Shown: positions 40,701-52,300 of the stretch, piece by piece | Layout: every line of letters begins with the position of its first letter | Position numbering within the stretch: position 1 is the stretch's first letter | Source of the DNA: Tubiluchus corallicola | Taxonomy: Eukaryota > Animalia > Priapulida | Assembly (NCBI GenBank): GCA_030141605.1 | Contig: JAQGDQ010000100.1 | Coordinates: 372,001-436,000, forward strand | Direction of reading: 5' to 3' | Length of the DNA: 64,000 nt | Position numbers and translations under genes: made by a program | The notes under the pieces: model-generated | What the model was told of the DNA's origin: nothing | Database searches by the model: none | Seen by the model: the letters and a program-made list of their open reading frames with translations, nothing else

Positions 40701-43700
40701 TCAAGATATGAAGGACTACAATATCAGTGCTACTAAAGTCTGAATGGAATTTTTAAAGTAACATTTTCAGTGTTATAACCATCAGTGGCACGTTATATGA
40801 AAAAGGAGCAATTTAGTTTTGATATGATATCGCCTGGCACTTATTTTCCAACTTGACCAAAATGTAAAAAAATCTTTTATAAAACAAGCTGTACACTTTT
40901 TTCTTAAGAAAAGGGTGTTCTACCGGCACTCGAAGTTACTGACTTCGTCACTTATAGACTGTCATTTATGACAGTTACCTATTCATGTGGAGTTTTCAGG
41001 TTAATGTTAGTGTTAATGTTTTATGAATTGAGTTTCTCCGCATCTTTCATTTTTCACTATTTAATATTTAAGTAGCAGTAATGATGATTATGATGTTTTT
41101 CAACTATACTAAAAGATGCAATAGAAAATGGCGTGTATGCTGTGTGTATACCAAGAAGCCTTCTATCTATGTATGCTCATATCTCAGTTTGCCGGACAAA
41201 AGCGGGGACTCGGCTGATGATGAACTTTCCCACGTTCATGGTGCTTAAACAGACTTGTGACTATTTTCAAGAAAGGTAGTCAAATGTCTTGTGATAATTA
41301 TAGAAGAATTTCTGTAATGGACTCAATTGCCTAGGTTTATGATAGGTCCTGTGTAGACGCCTTAATATGTGGTTTTCACCCGACAGGGAACAAGCAGGTG
41401 CTCAGAAAGGTCGAAGTTGCACCGAATGGATCGTTACTCTCAGATTACTGATGGATTATGTCTTATTTCGGAAAGTTAAACTGTTTGTGCTGTTCGTTGA
41501 CTTTTCCAAGGCATATGATCGTGTCTCCAGGCATGGTCTCATAGTCTCGCTTAAAGCTCTTGCATGCGCTATCATTACGCTTTGTGCAATTGCTGCCTTG
41601 TACAGTAATACACAATTAGTATTAGGAGCTGCTATAATAAGTGTAACCTTAGATGTTAAGCAAGGATCCCCTTCCTCCTGTTTTCTGTTCACACTAAGTT
41701 AATAAGCTTTTAAGAAGCCTCAAGGAAAAGTGCAGACCAGATGGTTTTTCTAGGGATGCTTCACTGTTTGTTATTGATGGATGATACTATTATCATATCG
41801 ACAACCAGAGAAGCTTTTAAGAAACCTCAAGGAAAAGTGCAGACCAGATGGTTTTTCTAGGGATGCTTCACTGTTTGTTATTGATGGATGATACTATTAT
41901 CATATCGACAACCAGAGAAGGACTTGTGGAAAAGATAGGCATCCTTGAAGAATTTTGTCGTGAGTCAGGAATGATAATTAACGAATTTAAAAACAAATTT
42001 ATGGTTATTAACGGCAATGAAAGGGATAAAGGGTTATCATCCGATTACAGCCCTCACTGGAAAAACATTGCGAAGAAAAGTTTACCCAAGTTCTTAAATA
42101 TGTGTCATTTGTGAACAAAAACTCACTATTCCCATTCTGGGTTAAGAAAAAAGTGATGGACGCGGTCCTGCTATCATCTATTTTCTACAGCTGTGAATCC
42201 TGGTTGACTGGCAATTTTAAACCGGTAAATGTGATGTACAATTCTGTGATTAAAGCATTGCTTGGCATCAAGAAGACAACCGCTAATGACTTATGTTTAG
42301 TCCAGCTAGGATTACCTTCTGCCAAAGTGTACGTTCAAAATGCTCAATCAAGGTTCTTTAAACGGATAATTGAATCGAGGGCCAACGAGCCCGATGACCC
42401 ATTTTCAATCATGTGGAATTTGTGCTCGGAAGCGAATACACCATGTGTGCAATATGTGAAAGCTATCCTTCGTAAAATGGATATTACCTCTGACGACTTC
42501 GAGAACAGGAAACAACGTATCAGGGATTCCAAAAGAACTAAACTGTGCACCTATCTCTATCTGAATCCCGAACTATCTGTCAGTGCAATGTATAGTGTTA
42601 AAGTAAATGAGCTCCATAGAATTAAAACATCTCGGTTATGCCTCTCCTCACATAACCTAGCTATTGAGACTGGAAGATGGGTAAGGATAAAAAGAGAAGA
42701 CAGGCTATGCTCCTGTCCTGGCTTAAGCATTCAAACAGAAGAGCATGTTATCTGTTTTTGTCTTCATGAAGATAACACTGAACTGAACTTCAATGATCTG
42801 CATGAATTTTTCAATGGAAACCCAATGTTATATTATGAATTTGTAAATAAGCTCTTTAGCAATTTTTGGACAGTAATGATCATGTTATGTGATCAAAAGT
42901 GTTTATCGTGAATTTGTAAATAACCCTTGAGCTGTTTTTGGACAGTAATGATCATGTTATATGATCAAAAGTCCTTTTTTGTAGTAAACTATGGACTGAA
43001 TCAAAATATCATGTTTGACTATCTCTTAATCAGTCAATAAACATATATATAGAATCAGTCACCTAATTGTCTCAAAAACGTCTGATACGGGCCGTTTCTA
43101 TGTAAAAGTATATAAAAGTTGTTTGCAATTGACTCCACATGTAACTCCTCAAATAACTCCACATAATTGATTGTTAACCACTATATATGTTGTTAACACA
43201 TTCTGATTAAACCACTATATATGCTGACATACAAGCTACACATGTGTCGTTACACGCTGCTTTGATGTAAACAAAGTGACGGCCTGCGAACTAGTGGTCA
43301 GCTCGCAAAACAATACTCTGTGTCCATACTATGCAGGACTTTTTAGCGGTCCAGATTTTGTCCAATTCTTCCGATATCCGCATAAAAGCGAGGTCCAGCA
43401 AACCGAGATATGAGCATAACCAAACTTTTGACATAAAATTCAAGTCATTTTAGTGCATATTTAGGAAAAAGTGCTTTTACACCTCACGTGTTTACCAGTT
43501 TGCACTTTGCAAAAACAACAGCTTCTAGATATATATTGGCCTATTTGTCTGCTATCTGATTCTTTCTTACCTATTTGTTAATGCTATAGTGGATTTCTCA
43601 ACGGACTTGGACACTTAACCAACAAAACAGCGCAGGCTTATGCAGTCGGAGGCATAATGTGCTTCATGGGACTGCTGTTTGCTGTTTGTGCTGCTCTTGA

Positions 43701-45669
43701 TTTCTTCATGTTATTAAAGGTATTCAATGATCCCACTGATTGTGCTTATTATCTGGGCATGATGCAGAGACAGTTTAGTTTTGTCAGTGTCATAAATTCA
43801 TGGATTATGGATTATTTTGTTTTTTATGCTATTATTTAATTCCATATACATTTTTTCTTAAGTTCTGCATGTTTTTTATAGCGGATGGATCAATTCATTA
43901 AACCATATTACTCACCATATTGGTGCAGGCATTGTGATGCTGATTGTATCTTTGTTCTTCACTGTATTTGCTGCTGGCACTATCCTAATGCTTATGAAGG
44001 TAGATTGTTTTGAGTTCTAGATGTGAACATTAATTTATGTTTCAGTTATCATTCATTACTATAGTGTATAGCTTGTTTTAAATTAAGGTAGATGTGTTTC
44101 CATTTATACAGTTGCAAACTTTTTTAGTGATCAAAAATCTTGTTTTGTTAAAATCACATCACGACTCATTCTATATCAAATTAATGGCATTGCAATTTGG
44201 CATTAAAATATTTCCAATAGTAATTGTCAACTTCAGTTTATAATGCGTTTGCAAGTAAACCACTTTATATATATATATATATATATATATGTATACACTT
44301 TCCCTCAATGAGGCAAATCATTTCCAAGTACCAGCCGAGTAATTTCTTTATATTTTGTGCCCGGTAATAACTGATACTGCCACTGAAGTTAGTGAGCCCG
44401 TAGTGGAGGGGTCCAAAGCCGGGACCCTGCGGTTGGCTGCTCCTTTTCCTCCACCCAACCGAGATGTTGGGTCGCCATGAGGTATGGTGCATCTCCTTTT
44501 AGCAACCACAGCTGGAATGTGGCCATATGGTAGCAGAAACCACCTAAAAAGCAATAACTTGCAAAAATCGATAAAAATCAGTTCACAAATTATGCATCAT
44601 ATCACCTTGAATTATGTGCCAGGTAATGTCTGCTTGATTAATTATCTAGTCACATGGCCAACATTAGCCAGGAACTAATCAGTCTAGCAGGAAGTCCAGA
44701 TTCAAGATTGAAGGCTCGTGTAGCCCAGGTGCTTGATCGTGATTTGTGTATGGCTTTAAATGAAAAAATCTTTGCTAGGGTAGCACATTACAGGCCGAGT
44801 CTACCAGCCTTATGTGGTGGTCTGGATGCATGGGTTCATTATAACAGACATTTCCATTATAACCATAATAGATGAGACAAGCAAAACTAGTCTGTTATAT
44901 ATTCAAAATCAGTTTTAATAAGATCCTTATAAGGAGGGTTTACTATTATTATGAGTTTTAAGTAATTTTTAGAAATTCAAAAAGGCATTTCTGTTCCAAA
45001 AAGGCTCGCTGCTGTTCTGTTCACCTGCTTTTTGTTTTTTTCAGAATAAAAGATAAATTGATGTTTTTAGTAAACTATTTTTAATAAAAAGCAAGTGATG
45101 TTTTCACATTTTAATTACTTTCTGTCAGAAATATAAAGCCTATAATGGTGTATTTTTATAATTCTACAGACTTTAGCTGGGAACCTTGGGCCTACCCAAA
45201 ATTGTTTCTGGTACTGCCCCACCTTTTCCTAATTGTCGTCATCAGTTGTTTGCCTATTCAGTAATGAAGTTTCAGCAAGCTGAATGTTTGAGTCGTATTA
45301 GACCTGCGCAAATCAGAAATGTATTAAAACACACCAACTGCAAAAAATGAAATTGTTTGGTTATTATATCTCACCTTCACAAATTGTCATAATCAATGTT
45401 TACAAATTTACATATTTGATAAACAAAATAGCAAACAAAACAATTTGTGGTTCAGTGCTGAATGCAGTATTGTTTGTTAATGCATCACACATTATGCTTT
45501 GATTTCTTACGTGTTTTTTAACTTTTTTTAGGTTCATCGTATATATCGAAGCACTGGAGCTAGCTGGGCAAAAGCACAACAAGAATTTGCTACAGGAGTT
45601 ATGACGAATGAGGGAGTTCAGCAAGGTATCGGAGCTGCAGCTAAGAATGCATTTACTGGACGATATTAG
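34787..45669 (+). CDS. SCAMP: Secretory carrier-associated membrane protein (SCAMP1-like, NPF-containing), about 335-339 aa
   Basis: Exons: 34787-34843 ([19 protein letters not shown]), 35082-35171 (DPSITQ...YNPFADG), 37343-37559 (Pro-rich then coiled coil [16 protein letters not shown]), 38000-38128 (NNWPPIP...[11 protein letters not shown]), 38665-38821 ([19 protein letters not shown]-peptide), 40531-40632 ([13 protein letters not shown]), alternative 43590-43719 or 43882-43999, and 45532-45669 ([23 protein letters not shown]...stop). Phases are consistent. Confidence 0.95.
41270..43051 (+). mobile_element. Decayed 5'-truncated LINE in SCAMP intron 6 (CR1/L2/Crack/Proto2-like C-terminus)
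   Basis: Frameshifted RT fragments [41 protein letters not shown], then YSCESW and [16 protein letters not shown]...REDRLCSC...EEHVIC. AATAAA near 43037 is followed by (TA)n. The 5' boundary is approximate. Confidence 0.88.
41704..41917 (+). repeat. 107-bp tandem duplication inside the intronic LINE, spanning the RT catalytic motif
   Basis: 41704-41810 and 41811-41917 are near-identical and each encodes [15 protein letters not shown]. Confidence 0.92.
43590..43719 (+). CDS. SCAMP: SCAMP alternative exon 7A (lumenal loop + TM4)
   Basis: Acceptor ctatag|, donor |gtattc; 130 nt, phase 2->0. Encodes (C)[43 protein letters not shown]. Confidence 0.85.
43882..43999 (+). CDS. SCAMP: SCAMP alternative exon 7B (lumenal loop + TM4)
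   Basis: Acceptor ttttatag|, donor |gtagat; 118 nt, phase 2->0. Encodes (C)[39 protein letters not shown], which has the CGWI motif typical of SCAMPs. Confidence 0.88.
44265..44470 (-). repeat. Possible tRNA-derived SINE with (TA)n tail
   Basis: GC-rich island with a degenerate B-box-like segment (GGTCCCGGCTTTGGACCCC on the minus strand), ending in the (TA)n tract at 44265-44290. Confidence 0.35.
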
Positions 45670-47984
45670 CTACTATAAGCCGAAAACCTTTATTGTTTCA
45701 TATTTAGTGTTATAACTATCATATTTTTCCAATACTCCAATAGTAACTAATAAATGTGCAACTGTATGGGAATATTTCTTGCACTGAGTCTAATTAAACT
45801 TTAGATTGGCATTTGAGTTCACTCATTGTAACTTATTTGGCTGGTTTGATTTCTGCTTCTAAAAATAAGAAGCCTTTTAAAATGGAAATGAAAACACTTG
45901 ACTGAAGCATAAATAATGGAAATTTTCACAGTCCTCAAAAGGTGTGTAGAAATGTATTCTTTTTTTAATATGACTGTAAATGTTTGATGTAAAATTGTGC
46001 TGTGTATATTTCGCATTTGGTATTGGTCTTGCAGAGCAATTTTAGTGAAAATGTTAAAATTTGTATAAATTATTTGAAATATTAATTATATTGTCAAGCC
46101 ATCTTTACACGTACTAGTTTATGAGACCTTCAGCAGCTAAAAAAAGTATTTCTGAGTTAATGTTGATGAATTAGTTTAACTTTTAAAGTGAGTAGCAGAA
46201 AGACCAAGTTTTGATCAAGTATGTTAAAATATGTAGCATTTTAAAGTGTAGAGTCTGAATGCACTATATGTATGTACCTAAATCGATTGGTTATTGTATT
46301 TTGCAAAGATTAAGAAAACGGAAAAAGTGTAGACTAGAAACGAAAGCATGCACTGCAAATGAAAGAAAAACTTATGTAATAAAATGTTTTTTGCAGTCTA
46401 TGTTGGCTGAATTCAACTTTGGTACAGTGGCTTGACTATATAATCAAGTAATTTTCCTTCTTGGTTTAATTTTTGCTTGTAAGTTGCACTCAGTGATTTT
46501 ATCTTTTTCTGGTTATAAGTACTAACATGTAAGTTTTACTAGCATGTCTAGTATTTAAAGTGAAATTAGTTGTCATACGAAGTATTGTAGCACAAGTTTT
46601 TGCAGTGATGTCATGCTGAGTTGATGACATGGTAAAGTGACCTGCTAAAATGTGGTAAACATTTTGGAACATTTCTTATGTGTTCTTATGTACATTTTGG
46701 TCTACAAAAGGACATTTGATAGTGACCTTGGCAGGTGTAAATCGTAGAATACACTAAAAAAGTGCAATTATAATAACTGTTCTGATGTCATTCATAGTCA
46801 AATTTAAAGCAGTAACAATGAACAAAATTTGGACTCCAATACGTATTTCTCATCTACATATTGTTTACACATCACATAGCTCTTTTTCTTACTGCTAAAT
46901 GCTAATTTAGGCATTGATGTCTATACATTTCTTAGCTGCTCTATGAATAAGGAATGAATAACACTATTTATATTATTATTTGATTTCTGTCATGCATCCT
47001 TTTTGCTATTATTATATTGTATTGGTGTGTATAATTGTTGATGCTATGTCAATCTAGATTACTATCATTCTGTACATGTATTACATGTGGTAATAAAAAT
47101 TAGTTATTATCATTATACTATTGCTACTGTCATGATTATGTCTTTTCAGTTTTGGTACTTTTGTATCTTCAGATGAATGCTTCCAGGATTTAAATTTTGA
47201 AATTAGGCTAAAAATTAATTTCTCACAAGGTGAGCCAGTTTTCCTCTGTGCAATTTATAATGTGATGTGGATTAACTATAATTTTTAAGGACAACATTAA
47301 TTAGTACTTGCAAAGTATGACCTATCCAGTTTAGATAGTTGTTGCTTGTGATACATTTGTTATGAAGTTTAGGTTTTCGTGTTTCCAAAAACTTTAGTAA
47401 CTAATATAAATTATATTTAAAATTTAGTTTAAAATTTACAAGTCAAGTTTGTTATAACATTTTTATTGTCAATTATTTATGATATACCATCATAAATGTG
47501 CAATATTTTAAACAATTATTATTATATTACCTGTTGATGCTAAGCACTCTGAAGACCATTACAGCCATGATGAAGTATCCTCCAAATGTGGAATTATATT
47601 TGCCAAATCCCTTTCAGCCTTTTGCATTTGGCTCCTTCATGGCCTTTTTTGTTACTTAAAGAGTTTTGCACAATTCTATAGGGAGTGGGGAGACCTTAAT
47701 CATGACCTACCCAATACAGTTTTCTTTTTTATTTAATTCCTCAATTTTCATTGCACTGTGATATACACGCAGTAAAAAATCATTCACACAGATGGTAATT
47801 TGTATGCTGGAATCCAACACTCACTGGTATAGCTTAGATGCTCGAATTGGAATATTGTGGCAGGATTGGAATCTATGTCATACTCAAGGAAAATTCTGTG
47901 AGATGAGATGTTGAATCTGGAGATGTCTTTGAGATTCAAACACATTCTCTAAGGTTCAATAGTATGGCAGGTTACCAGGTGGTC

Positions 47985-48027
47985 GGTCACTCATCTGTTC
48001 ACTGACCAAGTTTGGTTTGTTAACTTT
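47985..48027 (-). repeat. Second, more degenerate 5S-derived fragment
   Basis: The reverse complement AAGTTAACAAACCAAACTTGGTCAGTGAACAGATGAGTGACC aligns with the 63131-63172 segment. Confidence 0.45.
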
Positions 48028-48664
48028 GATCACTAAGTGTACAAAATAAAAGTACAAAATACTATGAATTATCGTTACAGGCATATACACAATGAATATT
48101 TTCTTACTAATCATGACAGGTGAAGCGAAACAAAAATATCACACCTTTTTAATCCGTTAAAAACACAAAAGTGTTGGTATCTAGACTGTCATTGTTTTTT
48201 AATAACTGTAATGCAAAATAGCATTGAATTTGTATAATTATGACAATCTATTACAGTATTTATCAGTTATTTAATTTGTGACTTCAATGTAAATATAATA
48301 ACTATATTTTTTGACAATAGGTTTGTGATTTCATTATCACATGACTACATGTGTTGTTTTTGGAAAGTTGGTAAGCAATGACAGTGATCAGGCCTCGGCG
48401 AATTAAATGGTAAATATAACGGTGTACCGCATTTTGTGGGAACTTGCAATATTTGTGACTGGTGCGCCGTTTAGCGTATGCAGTTTGAACTAAATTCCAA
48501 CTTTCCCAGGCAGTGACCTAGTAATTACTGGAAGTAACAGTCTTCGAAATAATTCGTATAGTTTGAGTCTTAAGTTTGCAGAAATAAGACTTTATTGGCC
48601 TAGTGGTATCTCCTTATTTAAATCAGCATTTTGTGCGCGGCCATTTGGATTCGGTTTGTGTAGC

Positions 48665-49247
48665 ATGGCGAATTGTGGTGATTCGTTACACAAACAAAGT
48701 GAAACTGTGAAATCTTCAGCGAAAATTGAAGAGGGCACCACCCCCAGTGTTGTGATTGTGGGGGCAGGGCTTTCGGGTTTAGCTGCTGGTGAAGTACTGA
48801 AAGCGCATCATTTGAACAATTTTAAGATGCTTGAAGCTACAGACAGAGTTGGAGGTCGCATTTGGTCATCGAGTTTAGGTGATACTTTGAGTGAAGTTTG
48901 CACTTTATTATCTTTAATTTTGTCAGTTATGCAGTGAATTGGGAATTTCTGATTTACGTTATTTTTCCCCTTCAGACTTTTTCCACAGGCAGAACAACAC
49001 AGCCTCAAGGAAAATGAAAGCAAACAGCTAACTCCTAATTATTGAATCAGCTACCCTTAAAAAGTCTGTTCACATATGTAGGGTGCAAACCAAAACATGC
49101 ATGGTGGGAAAGTTGAGAGGATTACTCACCGTGCTAACTGTGTTATTTCAAAAAATCTTACTGTGGGTATATAAAGGACATTAAGATGGTACATATTATC
49201 CATTCCATTTTTGTCAATGGTTAAACTTATAATGAGAAGTAGGTGTC

Positions 49248-49315
<68 letters not shown>

Positions 49316-52300
49316 TTTACGCTAATGCAGATCATTCTTCCGTTTCCTGCTTTTGTGCAAACAATCAGCTGCTGTATCAGTGTATCAACCAAAACCACAT
49401 GCACAGCTGTGTTAACACTTGTAACATCTGCATCTGTATAGTTTTTTCTACCTTAAACCTAATTGGAAAACAGTTTTTATTGAGACAATCTTTTCCATGC
49501 TTATTTCTGCCTACACAGTATTTAATGTTAAGCAACTTGTATCAGTAATGATTTAAACTAAATGACCACTGGTATTATTATGTTTTTGATTAGTGTTGTC
49601 TGTTACCCAATATTAGATGTCGGATACCCAGATATTTAGCAAAATTCCAACATTTCCCGATATATCGAATTGCCGATAATTGCTTAAATAGCAGCTGATC
49701 TTTATCTGCTTAAACTTCCAATATGTACAATTTTTTCAAGGAAGTGGGTGCTATAACTTCACACCTTTGAGCGACCTTGTTACCCTGGCCTAAATATTTG
49801 AGAGTTTGCTAAGTACAACCACATCTGTACAAAATGAAAATTATATGGTCCTTATTAACTTTTGCATAACTGAACTCATTGTGAACACTGAAACCTGTCT
49901 AGCTGTGGTCAATCTATAGCATATTCTGAATAAGAACTTTAGGTTGACTTTAGGAGCTAGCTGCAAGAAACTTTCAAGTCTAGTTAACCATGCTGTTTTC
50001 ATTGATAATGGAAATTCTTTCAGCTTATTGAGCTTCAAAGTATATAATCTTTTTTGGTCCTGGTAAAATGGTGCTTTCGTCTGTGTTAAGGCTAGCCCTA
50101 GACTGTATGCTGTAGATTAGCTCGCCTTAAATGATGATGGGGCTGGTCTGCTGTTTTGTCTTACAAAGAAACAAAAAAATATTAATTTGCAATCATTTTT
50201 TAGCAATCACTTTGTTTTCTGCTAGACTGTAGTATGTAGCAGAGTTTTGACTTTAAAAATTTTGTACTATAGCACAAGCCTCTCTCATATGAGTAGACGG
50301 CCACTCTGCATGGATCCATATGACATCTATGTTGATAACATGGAAGAAAATCTTAAAAATAATCCACTATGAATCGAGTGGGCAGTAGAGCAGTTGTATC
50401 ATACCATGTTCTGTGTAGCTGTAATTCATTGCGTTTACGTATTAGTTGTGTTGCAACTAAATACTATTTTGCAAGATTATATTGTTGCCCCAACGAAGTG
50501 GAAAACTGCAGAATATTATCGGTCTCGTTTGCCCATCTGTAGACAATTTTCTTTGAACTGGAATAATCTAGGAAACTGAAACTAAGTCTTAGAAATAATC
50601 GACAAGAAGTTGAGCAGCCAGTAGAGTCGTTACATCCCTGCCAACACTCACGCATTACAAGTGTGTCATACACATTTTAAGTCTTTCACTCGGATGCACG
50701 CTTCAAGTTTCAGTTCTCACGCAGTTCTGCAACTTTGCATGCAAGGTTACAAATCACCTGGCTTCCTTTGCTCATCAAGACTAACCACAACACAGTTAGT
50801 AGTATTAATTTCAATAATACAGTAGCATTCATGACTCTCATGACATATGTTGTGCTATAGGGTATTATAATTATCAAAAATTAAGCACTTTTGGGTGCTA
50901 CTGAACCTTTTTCATTTGTCCAAAAGAACACTTGTGTATAAAGTATTTTGAACTATAATAACAAAGCTCAACAATAACCAAAAATTACCCTAATTTTTTT
51001 AATGATTTGATACCCAAAAAGCAAAAATTTCTCCCGCATAATTTGACCCCCCCCCCCCCGAACCCTCCCAAGAGCGAGATGATACCAGGGCTTTCTACGT
51101 TTCACTCTCATTTTCATATCAAATGGATGGAGGTTCGCAGTTGTATCATACCATGTTCTGTGTCGTAATACACTATGCAGCTGTAACTCAGTGCATTTAC
51201 ATTTATGTTAGTTGTGTTACAACTAAATGCTATTTTGCAAGGTTATATTTATAGTTGCCCCAAAGAAGTGGGCAGCTATAGAATATTGTCTGTCCAATCT
51301 GTCAGTCTGTTCGTCCGTCCACTCTTTCGTTTCTGGAGTATTGCCTCAATGCCCAAATGAAGTGGAAAACTATTGAATTACCAGTTCCATTGGCCTGCCA
51401 CCACTTTTTCTTGCCACTGAAGCAATCTAAGAAGTTGATGCCTCGCGCATGGGGTGGAGGATAGATTGTCGTTCCGGCGTGGAGCCTGTTTATTTTTGGA
51501 TCAATCGATATAGATTTTTCACATTTTTTTAAAGATCTGCATATAATAACTATAAACAGTAATGTGCCTGCACTGAGCGCTGAGGTACGTGTAACCAGGC
51601 GAAGGATAAATGCTAGTGACAGCTAAATGAATGACTCATTGGCAACAGTATAAGATAACAAAAATTAATAACATGCTTTAAACCAGCACACGTTTTGACT
51701 ATGGTGTAGATTCGAGTTCTGTTTGTATTTGAATCTGTTACAATAGTATGCATTTTTCACAGAGATTTAGTATAATTTTATGTGTGAGTGCAGAAAGCAC
51801 ATCTATCAGTAATCTCCATGTACACTGTTCAGTTTAACCCCCACAATATGATGGTGGCTTGTGGTTTTTCACAGCCTTTGAGTATGTCTGTTTCTGAATT
51901 TAGAATTTTATTTATAATCTTACACCATGTGCATTGTAACTTGTTTACACCCATGTGCATTGGTCACTTTTAAAGCTTTTCCATTAAAAGCTAGCCTTCC
52001 AGTTCTGTCTGTAACAAATCCTAATTTTAACTGACCAGATGCTCTATATGATGATAGCTGTTTTTTCACAGAAATTTAGTATCATTTTAAGTGTCAATGC
52101 GGAAAATACATCTTTGCTGTAGTCTCGCGTATGCCTATCTCATTGGGCAGATATGCACCTCTGTTGACGGCTGTAGTAGTACAGGTGTAGTTTTATGCAT
52201 ATTAGCTAAGAAATCTGAAGTTTCTAATTTTATGCATGTTAGCTAAGAATTGTGGGTAATAATTCGTAAAATAAACCGCAATGGTTTATAAAAATTCTGG

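Noticed and set aside
49126-49548. ORFs containing (IY)n
   Set aside because: Artefacts of the (TA)n microsatellite.
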